The translations under genes were made by a program, and so were the position numbers. A stretch of 59,603 nt of DNA, filler included, from Moniliella sp. 'wahieum' (lineage: Eukaryota): NCBI GenBank assembly GCA_003971905.1. It is 2 parts of 2 records of this genome, joined end to end, with 100 filler letters (N's around TTAATTAATTAA, not from the genome) between each part and the next. Parts side by side here need not be neighbours in the genome. Positions count along the whole stretch, not along the records: positions 31,692 to 59,603 come from RSEE01000194.1; 1 more part is not named here. The stretch is one strand, 5' to 3'. The notes under the pieces are model-generated. The model was not told the origin of the DNA and searched no databases. It was given only the letters and a program-made list of their open reading frames with translations. The number at the start of each line of letters is the position of its first letter. Position 1 is the first letter of the stretch. Below, piece after piece: positions 46,443 to 59,124 of this stretch.

Positions 46443-48981
46443 ATGGACGTCGACTTCAGCACGCCGCCCGCGGCCGGCGTCGCGCTCGCGCCGCTCGGCG
46501 TGCTCGCCGTGCTGAGCGAGGCGCGCGCCGAGCACGGCCTCCGCGCCGCCGACTACACCCGCTACCGCCACTACTGCGCCAAGCGTGCGCACCGGCTGCG
46601 TGAGCTTGCGCACCTGACCCATGCCGACGCTGCCCACCAGCCCAAGTCCAAGTCCAAGCCCGCCGCCGGAGCGCCGGCCTCGGCCTCGGCCGCGCGCGGG
46701 CGCAAGAAGCTGCCTGCGCGTCCGTCCCGCGCGCAGCAGTCTGTCGCCGCCTCCGACTGGGTGGCAACACGTTTACGCGCGTCGCCGTGTCGACGTCCGA
46801 CCTGACCGACCACACGCTGCTGCTGTTCCTGTTTGAGGCGGAGCGGCACTGGGCGCACGCGCAGGCGCTCAAGGCGGAGCAGGCGCAGGGCCAACCGGTC
46901 AGCGCCAAGCAGCTCGCTGCGCGCGCCAAGCGCGCAGTGCAGTGGGCCAAGTACCTGCAAGCTGCGGCCGCCGCGCTGGGCGAGACGGATGCGCTGGATG
47001 CGCGCTCGCAGCTCGAGGTGGGCGCGTACACCAACCTGATCCAGGCGTCGGCGTCGTTGGATGCGGAGCGGTACGCGGCGGCGGTGGCCGAGTAGCGCGG
47101 TGGCGAGGAAGACGCTGAGCTTGCTCGCGGGCCATGCGCCGTCGGCCAAGGACGAAGCGTATGCGCATTCGTTCCTGGACCAAGCCGAGCCCGGCATGCG
47201 CTACGCCGCGTACCAGCTCGAGATCGACGAGGCGGACTTGGACGTGGTGGAAGCGGCGGTGGTGGATGACGCTACGCTGGACAAGCTCCGGCCGCACTAC
47301 CACACCCTCGCCCACCGCATCCAAGACGCCGGCGCCGACTCCCGTGGCCCGACCCAAGTCACCTTCCGCGCACACACCATCCCCATCCGCAACCCGAGCT
47401 GGTCGTTGCGATCCAAACGCTGGACCGGGAGCGCGAGGCGCTGGATGTGGCGCTGGCGCAGGAAAATGAGGACCAGCAAGCGGCCAAGTCCAAGGCCAAG
47501 TCCAAGGCCACGGCCAAGTCTCAAACCGACACCAACCGCCCTGCCCCGGTTGGCATCGCGCGCCACACGCACGCCGAACGCAATGCGCGTCGCAAGGCGG
47601 CGGGAGCGCACCGCTTCCGGGGCGGCGCGACGACGGCGCGTACAGAGCTGGATCCATTTGACCGTGCGCTGGCTGCTGCCGGCGACGCAGAGACGCTCGC
47701 GTCGCAGTTGGTCCAGGACGAAAAAGGCAGCATTGGCGCGGTCGCAGTCGTCGCGCTATGCGGCGGCGACGGCGCCGCTGGCGCAGGCCCACGAGTACCT
47801 GGCGTTTGTGCTGGGCTGCTGCGTGTGCAGCGCAACGCGCACCTGGCCGCGCGGGTGGAACACAATGCGCATCTGCGCCAACGGCGTGCCGAAGCGCTGA
47901 TGGGCCCCAAGCTGCGTCGCGCGCAGCTGGGCAAACGCACGCGGCCCGGCAAGAGCGGCAAGCGCAAGGCGCGTGCTGCGTCGGTCGTGCCGCACACGCG
48001 CCCGACCGCTCGTCGGACCAAGCGGGCCACCTCGAAGCGCGCCAAGAAGCCCAAGCCCTTCCACCGCCGTCCGGCGCGGTCGGGCAGCAAAAAGGTGCGG
48101 CAGACGCGCGGGGCGGAGCGCATGGCGCGTCTGCGCGCCGTGGCGCACGAGCGCGCCGTGCGTCGTCGGTCGCGTGCGCTGCCCGGTGTGATCCGGCTGC
48201 AGGAGGGCATCGAGAGCTCCTTGGCGGCGCTCTCCAGTCTCGAGCTGGTCGAGGCCGACGCGGACCTGTCGTCGCTGCTGGACGCCAAGCTGTTCTGTGC
48301 CGTGCCACGCTCACCGCCCACTTGGCCGAGGCGTACGCCGCGTCCAAAGCCGAGCCCCAGGCGATCGTGCTGCTGGACTACTCGATGCGCTTTGTCAAGC
48401 AGGCCGGGGGGGCGCTGGCCCAGGGCGTGGAGGAAGAAAATGCACTGCTGCCGCCCGCGTCCACCCTTCCATTCTCGACGCGCGTCTCGCCCACTTGGAG
48501 CACACCAAACGCGTCTACCAGCTCGCTTTGCTCCGCCACCGCACGGGAGGTGGAGCCGAGTGTGGTCACTGGCGCGCTCACCGACTCGCTTTCGGGCGAA
48601 GTGCTGCGCACGACAACGGCGCGCTATGTGACGTTTGATCCCGTCCTCCTCGCCGCTGCCAGTCAAGTTCCGGCGGATGTGCAAGCGCAAGCCGAGGCGC
48701 AAGCCGAGGCCGCAGCCGTGCAAGCGCAAGAGCAGAAGCAAACGTGCTCCGTGCCACTGTCTGGTGCCAAGCCCAAGACGACGCACGCCTTCCGGCCCCT
48801 CGCGGTCTTCTGCGGTGGAGGAGGAGGAGCTGGAGGAAGAGGAGTTTGCCGAAGCGCCGAGGCGGCCGATAGCGGCGATGAGTTTGCCGAAGCGCATGAG
48901 GGCCCCACGTCGCCGGTCGCGTCGCATGCTGCGGCCCAGCCGCAGAAGAAGGGCTGGCTCAGCTCGCTCTGGGGGCGCTGA
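46443..48981 (+). CDS. SRP68: Signal recognition particle subunit SRP68, frameshifted
   Basis: EARAEHGLRAADYTRYRHYCAKRAHRLR, LLLFLFEAERHWAHAQALK, EPGMRYAAYQL, and the C-terminal KKGWLSSLWGR*. Confidence 0.93.
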
Positions 48982-50732
48982 GGGTCAGGACAGGAATGCA
49001 ATCTCGTTTCCCTTTGGGCTGCTTTTCTTCTAAGGGATGTACGTGTAGCGAGAAGAAAGGAAAGAATGCAGGAAAGCGTTGGGGTTCTTGGACGGCTGCA
49101 TGTTGTCCCAAACGTAGAAATGAGGCGAGACAAACACGAGTACTCAGTCCATCGGCGCGTGCTCGAATGAGGCACCCGATTGGTGGTGCACTGTCAGTAG
49201 TTTCCAATGACCTCCCTCTGAAGCTCCGCGCCTATTCGTTTCCAAATCGGACGTAGCGCAACTGTGGGAACGGACTGGTATAAGCGTTGTGGACATAATA
49301 ATGTGCATGGCAGCCGTGAGCTAATCTGTTCCACAGAGAAAAGACGCGTCCGTACTGAGAACCGTAGGTCCTCAGGCAGTGTTTGATTCACTCCGGTCGT
49401 TTTGACAGTTGCGGCGGTGGTGGAGTAGGTCGAGTGCCAGAGTACCCGCCCGCATAACATGACGGCCAGGGGGAAGACAGCAGAGAACACAGATCTTGTG
49501 GGCGGGTTCTTCTGGAGTGCCAGGCTCCAGTTTTGGACACGCCTTTTCGCAATGCCGCCGTCAGTTTTGTGGCTGTGCTTCAATCTTCTCGGCTGTGGGC
49601 GTTCCCCGACGTCGACGCGTTTGGCGGCCTGGAGTCTTGCGTTGCGCGATGTTGTGGTGTGCGTCCTTATTGTCGGAGTCCTGGTCCCACCCCCTCTGGA
49701 AAGAGTATAAGGTTGCCTGTATGATGAGCGCCGGCCGTCGATAGGACGAAACCAATGCATTCTCCTCCATGCAGCATGACGGGTCGTTTTCTTCGCTGAA
49801 TGTTCCCGAAGGCCAAGTAAAGCGGTCGAAACCCCCACCTTTCACTTCTCACTTCTCACTTCTCACTAGTTCTCATGGAATCCCGAGTCGATCGCCAGCT
49901 CAACGTCAACATCATTGCCGGATCAGGATCGGCCTAATCCTCCGCATCCGATGGTTTCTTCGGTGCCCATCCTCACCAACCGATCTCGATCTCTTCCTGC
50001 AGTGTGGAGCTGAGTCCACACTCCGACTCGCCCTCCCTCTCTCCCTGACTGTGTCACCGAATGACTAAGCTTGCTCCAATTTCCCATTCTGCATCCTCAG
50101 TGTCTCTCACTCTTTCACTGCAGTAGTTCCTTTTGCTTCTGCTCTCTGCCCGATGCTCTATTTCCTACTCCCACTCGAACGATCTTGCCATTTCCCCTGT
50201 TTCTGACAGGACCTTCAATGGGGTCTCCCTCAGTGGTTTAGCCCCGACTGTTACTCCCTGCACCCCCCGAAATCTACCATCACCCTCCTTCAAGCACCCC
50301 CACCTAGTCCCGCTAGGAGGGGTAGATGCCCTGCGCCCGACCCACGCCCTGCCAACTAAAAACGAACGCCTGTTGCCAGGCAGGCGGCCGAGCACCAACG
50401 CGAGAACCACTGAACGCAAAATAGATAATCGTACATATCCAGGAGCCAAGGACCAGTCGCCAAAGGTGCACTAGGAAAACACGGCAACACAAACCACAGG
50501 AAAGGGTGGCAGTAGTAGCTGGAAGCGAGTAAGCTGTGAAAAGAGGGGGAAACGGTGGGGGAAACGGCGGGGAAACGGTGGGGGAAAGGGAGGGGAAAAA
50601 GGGAGGGGAAAGGGGAAGGGGGGGGGAGGGGAGGACGGAAGGAAGGGACAGATCAAAAACTCAAAACACGGTCGGTCGTCGCGTCGCCATTCGCGCGGTA
50701 TCTATGCGTGTCCCTTGTCCTTGCCACACGTA

Positions 50733-53700
50733 TTAGTGGCGGACGACGAAAGGGGGGTAGGGGGGTGGGGGTGGCATTGGAGAGACGCCCAGCAGAGGAG
50801 CCAAATCCAGATCACCATCACCATCACCATCACCATCACCATCACCATCACCATCACCATCACCATCACCATCACCATCACCATCACCATCGACATGGAG
50901 ATCAACATCTGCGGCCGCGACCCGAGCCGACGCGGAACGATCAGGCCTCAGGGGAGGAGGGCCAAATGCTCGCCATGCAGGACATGGTTCGTATCCCACC
51001 ACGCGTCGCCGGGGGGTTTAGCGTGTCGGGCGGGCCGGGCGGCGGCGGGTCAAAGGGCGAGGCCTCACCTTCGTCGGACGAACTCAAATCCAAGCCAGCA
51101 GCGAGAAAGTCGGTGGTGCTAGGACGGGAGCCTGGGCGGGGCATGCCCGCCGCCGCTTCCAACGCCGGGGTCGCAGCACCGACACCGACTCGTCCCCGCC
51201 CGCCTCGGGCTCGAGATCCACCACATCCGCTTCAAAGTCAGGTAATTCATAATCTCAATCTCGCGTGCGGCGTGCGCGGCAGCGGCGCGCGCGGCGGTCG
51301 GGTCGTCGGCCAACGTGGGGGCCGAGGCGCTGCTGCCGCCACTGGAGGCGTTGGGACATTAGGACCGCTGGGACCGCTGGGACCGTTGGGCCCAGGGGCC
51401 CCCGTTGCCCCCCGCGTCCAGCTGGCCCACCAGCGTGCCGAGAAGTGGGCTCCCACGGCGCAGGCGGTTGGTCCTTGGTCTGGCCCAGGCTGGCCAGGGC
51501 AAAGGGGACCATGGCGGCTGGGTCCTTGGGGGAGGGTTGGACGGCTGTCGCAGCGCCGCCTGTGCCGCGCCCACGTCCGGCACGCCACGGACGCCTTGAT
51601 GCCCGACAGGGTGGAGGAGGAGGAAAACGTGGGGGAGGCAGCAGGCGAGCGCCGGGCTGGGCATCGACGAGACCGAGTGGGACGAAGCGTGTGCTCTGGC
51701 ACCACGTTTCCCGCTGCCGCGGCCAGCGCATCCCCGCGGCCGCGCTTGCCACGCACCGGCACTCGTCCGGCGCCGACAGCGGCGCGGCCGGAGGCAGCAT
51801 CGACGGCCCGGGGTCGAGGTCGAGGCCGAGGTCGATGGCGGCGTGGCGGCGGCCTGGTTACGCCCGCGCTTCGACACGGGCTTGCCCGGCTCGCCCTCGA
51901 GCGACGCCCGCTTCGCGGCCAGGGGCGGCGTGCCGTGCCACTGTCCGCCGCGCTGCTGTGCTGCCTGCGCCTGCGCTTGGGCGTGTGCTTTGGCCTGTGC
52001 CTGTGCTTGGGCTGGTGCCTGGGCCTGCACTTGCGCTTGGGCCTTGCTTGCGCTTGTGCGCGCGCCTGCGCTGCGCGCGGGCTTGCGCTTGGGCCTGTGC
52101 CTGAGCGCCTGCGCCTGCGCGGCCGGCAGCTGCGCCGGAACAGCCTGTCCCGCCGCGTTCGGCGGCTGCGAGGACGCTGGCGGCGGCGCCGGGGTGGCTG
52201 CGACTGCGACGGCGGGAAGCCGAGCGCGGCGCCGACGCTGGTGGTGATGTGCTGGACGTGCTCGGGCGCCTTGGCGCGGACGACCTGGATGATGCGGCGG
52301 AGCTGGAGCATGCGCGGCTCGAGGTCGCGTAGCGGATGATAAAGATGCCCTGGGGCGCGAGGCGAATCTGTTCGCGCAACAGCAGCAGGACTGAGCCAAC
52401 TGCTTGCTAGCCAGTCCGCGCTGGTCCAGCGCCCACAGTAACGGCTGCAGCGCGCGCGCTAGCATTGTCAGTGCCGCAGCTGGCTCAGCGAAGCTACCAC
52501 CTGGATCTTTTCGACTCGGGCATGTCCGAGATGGGTTGGAACGGACGCGCTTCCGCGTCCGCTGCGCCGCCTCTTCCACCATCAACGTCGCCCGACGTCC
52601 TTCCTCCACCATCTCGGGCGTAATCGTCAGTGCCGACGGCGCACCGGGCGCACCCGGTGCAGCCGTCCCGCCGGGTCCAGGCCTCGCTGCCCCTGGTGCC
52701 CCCGGTGCTCCCGGCGCTCCGACGGTGCCAGGCGCGCCATTGAGCGCCAAACCGGGGGCGGGCACAGGCTGGCGCATGGGCTGAGACGACTGGGACATGG
52801 ACGGAGCAGGAGCAGGAGGGCGGCGCAAGTCCTTGCGCAAACGGCGAAGACTGAGCCTGCGGGTGGGCCTGGCTGGGCGGCCGCTGCTGGTTTGGCGGGG
52901 GCTGGTGTCGCTGTTGCTGTTGCTGTTGCGGATGCTGTTGCTGTTGCTGTTGCTGTGGTGGCAGATGTTGCTGCTGTTGTGGCGGTTGTGATTGGTGTTG
53001 CCGTGCTGCTGCTGCTGAGTGTTGGCTGCTGGTTGCTGCTGGTGCTGTTGCTGTTGCTGTGCTGTTGTTGTGCGGCTGCTGCTGCTGAGCCAAGGCAGTT
53101 TGCTGAGCGTTCCTCAGCAAGGCATTGAACTGCTCCGGCGTGATGCTCATCGAAGCCAGCTGCTGGGGCGTGATTTGCGACAAGTTGGCCAGCTGGGCAA
53201 ACGGTTGCGAGGCCTGGGTTGGAGGCTGAGGTGTGGCTGTGGTTGTGGCTGTACCTGAGCCGGAGCCGGAGCCTGTACCGACGGCGGAGCAGGAGCCGGC
53301 TCAGAGGCAGGCGGCGCGGCCGGGGAACTGATTCGACCGTCGGCCCACCTGGCCCACCTGGCCAGCTGGCTCTCGCAGCCTGCTGCTGCAGTCGCGCCGC
53401 CTGCAACATCTGGTGCTTTCGCACGACCATCTTCCACGCCTCCTCGAACGGCTTGACGTACTGCGTGTAGAGCTGGAGCAGGGCGGGTGCGACGTGGCGC
53501 GCGGCGGGCGGGACGGTAGGTGGGCCCGGTGGGCGCGGGACGAGGTCCAAGGCCATCGCTACGCTCGGCCACGCGTCCGCCGCACTCACCGCATCCGAAC
53601 CGTTGTACCCGGCCACAGTCTGGTACAGACGGAACAAGTTGACCGGCACATTGTTCACGCGCGGATCTGCCGGCCACGCCGAGCCGCGCTTGGCCAACAG

Positions 53701-54360
53701 TTCGGACGTGATGTGCTTGAAACGCTCCTCCGTCAGGCTCTGCCGTGTCGCCTGCAGCGTCGCGGCCATGATCTGCTGTTGCTGCGCCGGCGTCGGCGCC
53801 GGCATGGAGGCGAGCATGCCCTGGGGCGGAGTTCCCTGGCCCAGTGGGCCAGGCGTTTGGCCCTGCGCTTGGGCTGTGCTTGCGCTTGCGCCTGAGCCTG
53901 CGCTTGCGCCTGGACCTGCGCTTGCGCTTGCCTTGCGCTTGCGCTTGCGCTTGCGCCTGGCGAGCCAGCGTGTGGTACTGCATCACCTGCGCACGCAACG
54001 TCGAGCACATTCATCCGATCTGCGATCAGACGCTCCATCTGGCCGCGCTCCTCATTGGTCTTGGCCTGGTTGAGCTGGTCGCGTTCGCGCGAAATTTGCT
54101 GGTTGAGCTCCATCATGCGCGCATACAGCATGTTGTACTGCTGCATCGCCACCGCCGCCGTATCCGTCATGGCCGGCGACCTGCCCGGTGCTTGCGACGG
54201 CGCAGGCTGCGGCTGCGCCTGCGGTGTCATGTGCCGCGGCCGCGCGGGCTGCGCCTGCGCCTGGGCGAACTGCGAGAGCATAGGAGAGGCCGTGGGTTGG
54301 GACGACTGGGCCTGAGCTTGCGCATGTGCCTGGGCTTGCGCCTGAGCTTGTGCTTGCGCT

Positions 54361-54392
<32 letters not shown>

Positions 54393-55612
54393 GGCTTGAG
54401 CCTGGGCTTGGGCTTGGGCTTGGGCTTGGGCCAGCGCCTGTGCCTGCGTTTGCGCCTGCTGAGCATGCCGGCCAACGTCAGTGTCAGTGCGGCGGGGGAG
54501 AAAGACAAGACAGAGACAGAAGGAGGACGTACCGCTCGCTGTAAGTTAGCGCTGTTGGAAAGCCAAGCGGCCAACGGCGTGCTGTTCTGGCCCAGAGGCA
54601 GCGCGGGCGTCTGGCTCGGCGTGGCCTGTTGCTGGGTCGGAGTGCCGAGCTGGCTCGAGAGCGCAGCAAACGGATTGGAGCTCGGGTCGGACGACGCGGC
54701 GGCCGCGGCGGGGCATTGTTGGGATTGGGATTCGCATTGGGATTCGCATTGGGATTGGCATTGGCACTGGGATGGCCTGGGCCTGGGCCCGGGGCGGCGG
54801 CCGTGCCCGCCCGCTGCGCCAGGAAGGACATGTTGCTCGCGGCGAGGTTGGAGGCGAACGACTGGGCTGGCGCTGCGGCGTGGGCAGCTGGGCCTGGGCC
54901 TGGGCCGGCGCGGGCTGCGGGGTGCGGTGCGCAGCAGGCGAGGGCGACTGGCCGGCGGTTACGGCCTGCGACGCGTGCAGCTGCTGCTGTTGCTGTTGCT
55001 GCTGCTGCGCGGCGGCAGCCCAGGGCGAGCCCAGCATCTGCGCCGGATTGACCGTCGGCGTGGCATGCATCGCGCCCGCACCTGCGCCCGGAGCAGAAGG
55101 CATGCTGGACGCCGTCGGCATCCCGGGCATGCCCATCGTCGCAGCAGGCGTGCCGAGGCCAGGCGCAAAACGCCGCCTGCTGCTGCTGGCGCTGGCGCAG
55201 CTGCTGGAGAAGCAGCTGCTGCTGGTGGGGCGCAAGCTGGGTGCCGGGCGGGAGCCCCATCATGGCGGCAAACAGGGCGGGGTTGGGGAGTGTCTGCTGT
55301 TGCGGTGTTGTGTTGTTGTGTTGTTGTTGTTGCTGTTGTTGTGTTGCTGTTGCAGTTGTTGTTGTTGTTGTTGTGCTGCTGTTGCGTGCTTGCTGTTGCG
55401 CTTGCTGCTGGGCTGGAGCTGGACGAAGGCATGCCGGCCGAGAGACCCGACAGGACCGAGGCAAAGTCGGGTGGGACTGCGGCGGCCGAGGGCCACTGGC
55501 TCGAGGGCGGCTGGTACATGGTTGGGGGGGGGGTGGCGTTGGTGGTGCCGGGGCCAGTGCCCGTGGCGGCAGGCGGGAAGAGGGAGAAGGGGTAGGCGGG
55601 CGGCTGGGCCAT
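50733..55612 (-). CDS. ARID/BRIGHT-domain, Gln/Ala/Pro-rich transcriptional or chromatin regulator, frameshifted
   Basis: ARID at about 53420-53740: [15 protein letters not shown]...[24 protein letters not shown]...WPSVAMAL...[16 protein letters not shown]. Poly-Q and (QA)n tracts, an intron at about 54459-54532, and an acidic tail with (DG)n. Confidence 0.8.
50811..50890. repeat. (ATCACC)n hexamer, probably encoding (DG)n in the ARID protein C-terminus
   Basis: About 13 tandem units. The minus frame reads [12 protein letters not shown]...DLDLAPLL. Confidence 0.9.
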
Positions 55613-56399
55613 GGCGGCACAAAGTGATCAGCGATCACACAGTCTACGGCAGCGCGCTCATGGGCTGGCGCAGGCGGGGGGCAGGGAGGAGCAGCAGCAG
55701 GCAGCCAGGTGCGCGGTAGGGGTGGTGGTGGTGGGGTGGTTGGTGGCGGTGGTGGGGACGGTGGTGGCGGGGAGGCGCGGGCGGTGGCGGGGACGGCCGT
55801 GGCGGTGGTGGAGAGCGCTCTGGCGATGGCGACGGCAACCACCTGGAAGAGACGACGACGCGCCCAAAACGCCGACGAGATGCGGCCGCGCGGGGAGCTC
55901 TGACCGGTGACACCCCGTCACCCATCCCCGTCCCCTCACTCCGTGCCCACACAATACCCCCACCGCGCCAGTGTCCCCGCCTTGTGTCTTACGTAACACA
56001 GCTCGCAACCCTACCCACCGCCGGCCGCACAAGGCCAGTGTGTGACGCGATGGCCTGCACCCACACAGGCGCCATGCCGTGCAGGGGAGCGGCCGGCGCG
56101 AGGGCGCCCTGGTGCTGCCGCGGGGCGTGTGCCCAGTCACTAGTCACTAGTCACTTGAGCCTGCAGAGGGACGCGTGACGCGTGACCAGTCCGTCCCCTA
56201 ACCGCAGCGCTACTCGAGCGGAACAGCGTGTCTGCGTTCCGCCCGGGTGCGCCTGTCGTTTAACGTTTAATTAAACGTGTAACCAACGCTGTCTGCTGCG
56301 ACACCTCCACCGAATCCACTACGACACCCCCCAACAACGATGTACGAACAACATCAAACAAACAACAATACAAGCCCTAACCACTACTCGCAACCAGGG

Positions 56400-57821
56400 C
56401 AAGCGGGCAGAGCTAAGCGCGCCCTCGCTCGCGCCCACGGGCCCATCCAGCTCTGGGTAAAGGTGTGGGTCTAGCGGGGGGTCAGCACACGCATCCGCAC
56501 ACGCGTCCGCGTCCACGCAGGCAGCCACGGCACCGACGCGTCCCACCCAAGCGGCAACGGCAACGGCAACGGCAACGGCACCGACGCGTCGCAACCCACC
56601 GGCGAGCCAGGCAAGCTCTCGAGCGGCATGAGCCACGTGTCGATCCACGGCTGCGCGTCCGGTCCTGGGCAAGACCAAGTGTGCTGCGACGAGGGCAGGG
56701 AGCCTCCAGTGTCCGTCGTGGTGGCCGGGCATGGTTCCTGCTCCGCGTCCTCCACGTCCAGCATGAGCGCGGCCAACGTCTCGGGCGGAGAGAGAAGCAC
56801 GTTGGCGGTGTCGGATGAGGCTGGAGCTGGTGCCGAAGCTGGGGCCGGGACGGGAGGTGGGACCAGAGTCGGGCTAGCGCCGCGGGGAACAACGACGCGA
56901 GGTCAAGCGGGGTGGGCAAAGTGGTGGCTGAGCAGGACGGCGTCGTGGGCCGCAGCGGCACGGGCGTCGAGGGCGAGGGAAGAGCGCTCGCAGCGGGAGA
57001 TCGCCTTCACTGCAGGAAGGCGAGCGCTCAATTCCGACGTCTCGGGCCCGGCCGAAGCAGCGCAGGGCACGTCGCGGTCAGCCTTATCCCGGTCCGATGC
57101 TGGTGGTGCTGGTGCCGATGCCGATGCTGGCGTCGCAGGTGGCGCGGGGGCCGTGCTGGACGCAGCTGACGAGCCGGGGCTGGCCCACACGCGGGCAAGA
57201 CGTGCGTGGTGGGATTGGCGAGGGTTAGATGTGGAGGAAAGAGGGGAGGCTGTGGGGCTGGTGCTGGGTCTGGTGGAGACGAGCTTCTCGCCTTCGGGGG
57301 GAGCGGAAGCGGAAGAGCAGCAGCGGGAACGGGGACGGGAACGGTCGGATCGAGGGGTACCGGACCTGGCTGGCCGACGGCAGCGACATAGGCCGCTACC
57401 TGACGCAACGTGTGCCGTGCGTCGTCCGTAGCGTTCGCGCCAAGCAGCACGCCAATCGTGTGGAACCGAGTCTCGTAGTCCTGCAGCTGTGCCACAGCTC
57501 AGCCTGGTCTGCGACAACTGCGCGTGCTGCCGCTCCAGCTGCGACACATAGTTCTTCTTCTTGTCGCGGCTGGCCTGGGCCGACAGGCGGTTGCGCGCCG
57601 GCGCCTCCAAGCGCGCTGCCGGTCCGGCGTAAGCACCTTCGGCCGTTTGCTCCCCGCGGTCAGGGTGGTCTGGGGGGATCGTCGGGGACCAGAGGCGGAG
57701 TGGGCCGCTTGCGTGCCCGGCCGGCTTCGGGGAGGCCGAAGCAGAGGGTGAGAGGAAGAAGCCGAGGCGAGGCCGAAGCCAGCGCAGCAAGCCCGTCTGT
57801 GTCGGTGGCCACCGCGGACAT
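56400..57821 (-). CDS. HAC1: Hac1/Cib1/Hxl1-like bZIP transcription factor of the unfolded protein response
   Basis: Basic region ARLEA..ARNRLSAQASRDKKKNYVSQLE resembles Ustilago Cib1, with an Ire1-type hairpin at ARLPA and an acidic C-terminal region. The 3' end is uncertain. Confidence 0.85.
57001..57023 (-). promoter_or_regulatory. Ire1 5' cleavage hairpin of the unconventional intron
   Basis: The mRNA strand reads UCGCCUUC-CUG|CAGU-GAAGGCGA: a perfect 8-bp stem with a 7-nt loop matching CNG|CNGN. Confidence 0.85.
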
Positions 57822-57906
57822 GGGGGTGGGCGGAGTGACGATGGCGGTGGCGGTGGCGGTGGCGGTGGCGAGAAAAAAAGAAAAGGGCGGGGAAAGAGAA
57901 AGGCGG

Positions 57907-57914
57907 TGACGTGG
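57907..57914 (+). promoter_or_regulatory. UPRE-like element TGACGTGG upstream of the bZIP gene
   Basis: Exact TGACGTGG about 86 bp upstream of ATG 57821, and a second ACGT-core palindrome GCCACGTGGC at 58001-58010. Confidence 0.55.
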
Positions 57915-59124
57915 CACCTGTTTCAGAGGGGGCGCAGCGCAGCGCCAACGTCCCCCGCAGGCCGACGGTCCACACAGCGCCCGTGCCTGGCTGCTGCCGG
58001 GCCACGTGGCACAACCTAGCCCCTGCTTTCGAGGGGGAGAGCGACGGCGTGAAGGGACACTGCGCCTGTGCTGCGCGGCTGGTGCAGCGGGGGGGGCACT
58101 GTCCCTGTCGGGGGAAGTGCGAGCTGCCCATCCAGCCGCGGCCAGGATAACCGGTAACCCAACAGAGGCTGTCGATGGCCAGCGGAGGCGATACTCGACG
58201 CGCCCGTTGGATGAGACAGAAGTCTGCGCGAGACGCTGCGCTACCCATTCTCGAGGAGAGGAGGCAAGAGGCGAGAGAGGAGAACGGAGTGCTGTGCACA
58301 CTACATACTGTGGTTGGGAGTGCTGGCGTTGGCGTTGTGGCGCAGCGTCACAGAAAAAAAAACGAACCTGGCTGAGCAGATGGCAACATGGCAACACGCA
58401 GGCCAGAAAAGCCAAAGAAGGATCTGTCTAGGACGGTGGGAGTGTGGCATGCGATTAATGATTCCTGCCAGTGTGGCTTCGTCGGGGGCTTGGCAGAACG
58501 GTGGACCCAGCCGTGTGAAACAGCCGATGGGGGAATAGGTTAGTCTGGTCCACGTGATGGACAAGCGGAGGATGCCGAGGATAGGCGAGGGCGTGCTGAG
58601 GGGGGCATGAATGGGAGGAGGCCAAGGCGCACAACACGTGTCTTCGCGTCCATGTGGCGGGGAGGGCGGAGGACATGGGGCGCGAGCAGAAGAGGGTGTG
58701 GACAAGCAACGCATGGCGGGGCAGGAAATACGTAGGGTAGGCCTGGATAATCGATGATGATGATGATGATGAGGATGAGGATGATGTCTGATGAGGATAA
58801 TCCTGCGCCTGATAGCAGGCGCTAACAAAAACACTGCCCCCTGCCGCCCTGCGTGGGTGCTCGCAGCCGAGGCCCAGTGTGGGGCAGCGGCGCTGGGCCT
58901 GCACACTGGCGCCGTGCCGCAGGCTACCGCATGGGCCAGCGTCCCATCCATGCCAGCCCAACACAGCACTCTGCGCGTGGGTATTATCCGCGTCGCCATG
59001 GCCATTGGGAGTGTCAATGGCATTGTCATCGCCATCGCCATCGCCATCGCCACACACCACCACCATACCATCTCCACCACCACCTTCTCCATCACCACAC
59101 TACTCTCCTCCCCCCCCCCGCGCC

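Noticed and set aside
49200..50470. Possible gene or ncRNA between SRP68 and the ARID gene, including an 8-bp hairpin at about 50001-50022 and (CACTTCT)n at about 49843-49867
   Set aside because: No family motif, and a short hairpin and simple repeat are expected by chance.
50811..50890. Poly-His protein in ORF 50555-52339 (+) and other long GC-rich ORFs across 45000-58000
   Set aside because: These are shadow or antisense frames of the ARID, RXT3, SRP68 and bZIP genes. The His run is a microsatellite read on the opposite strand.
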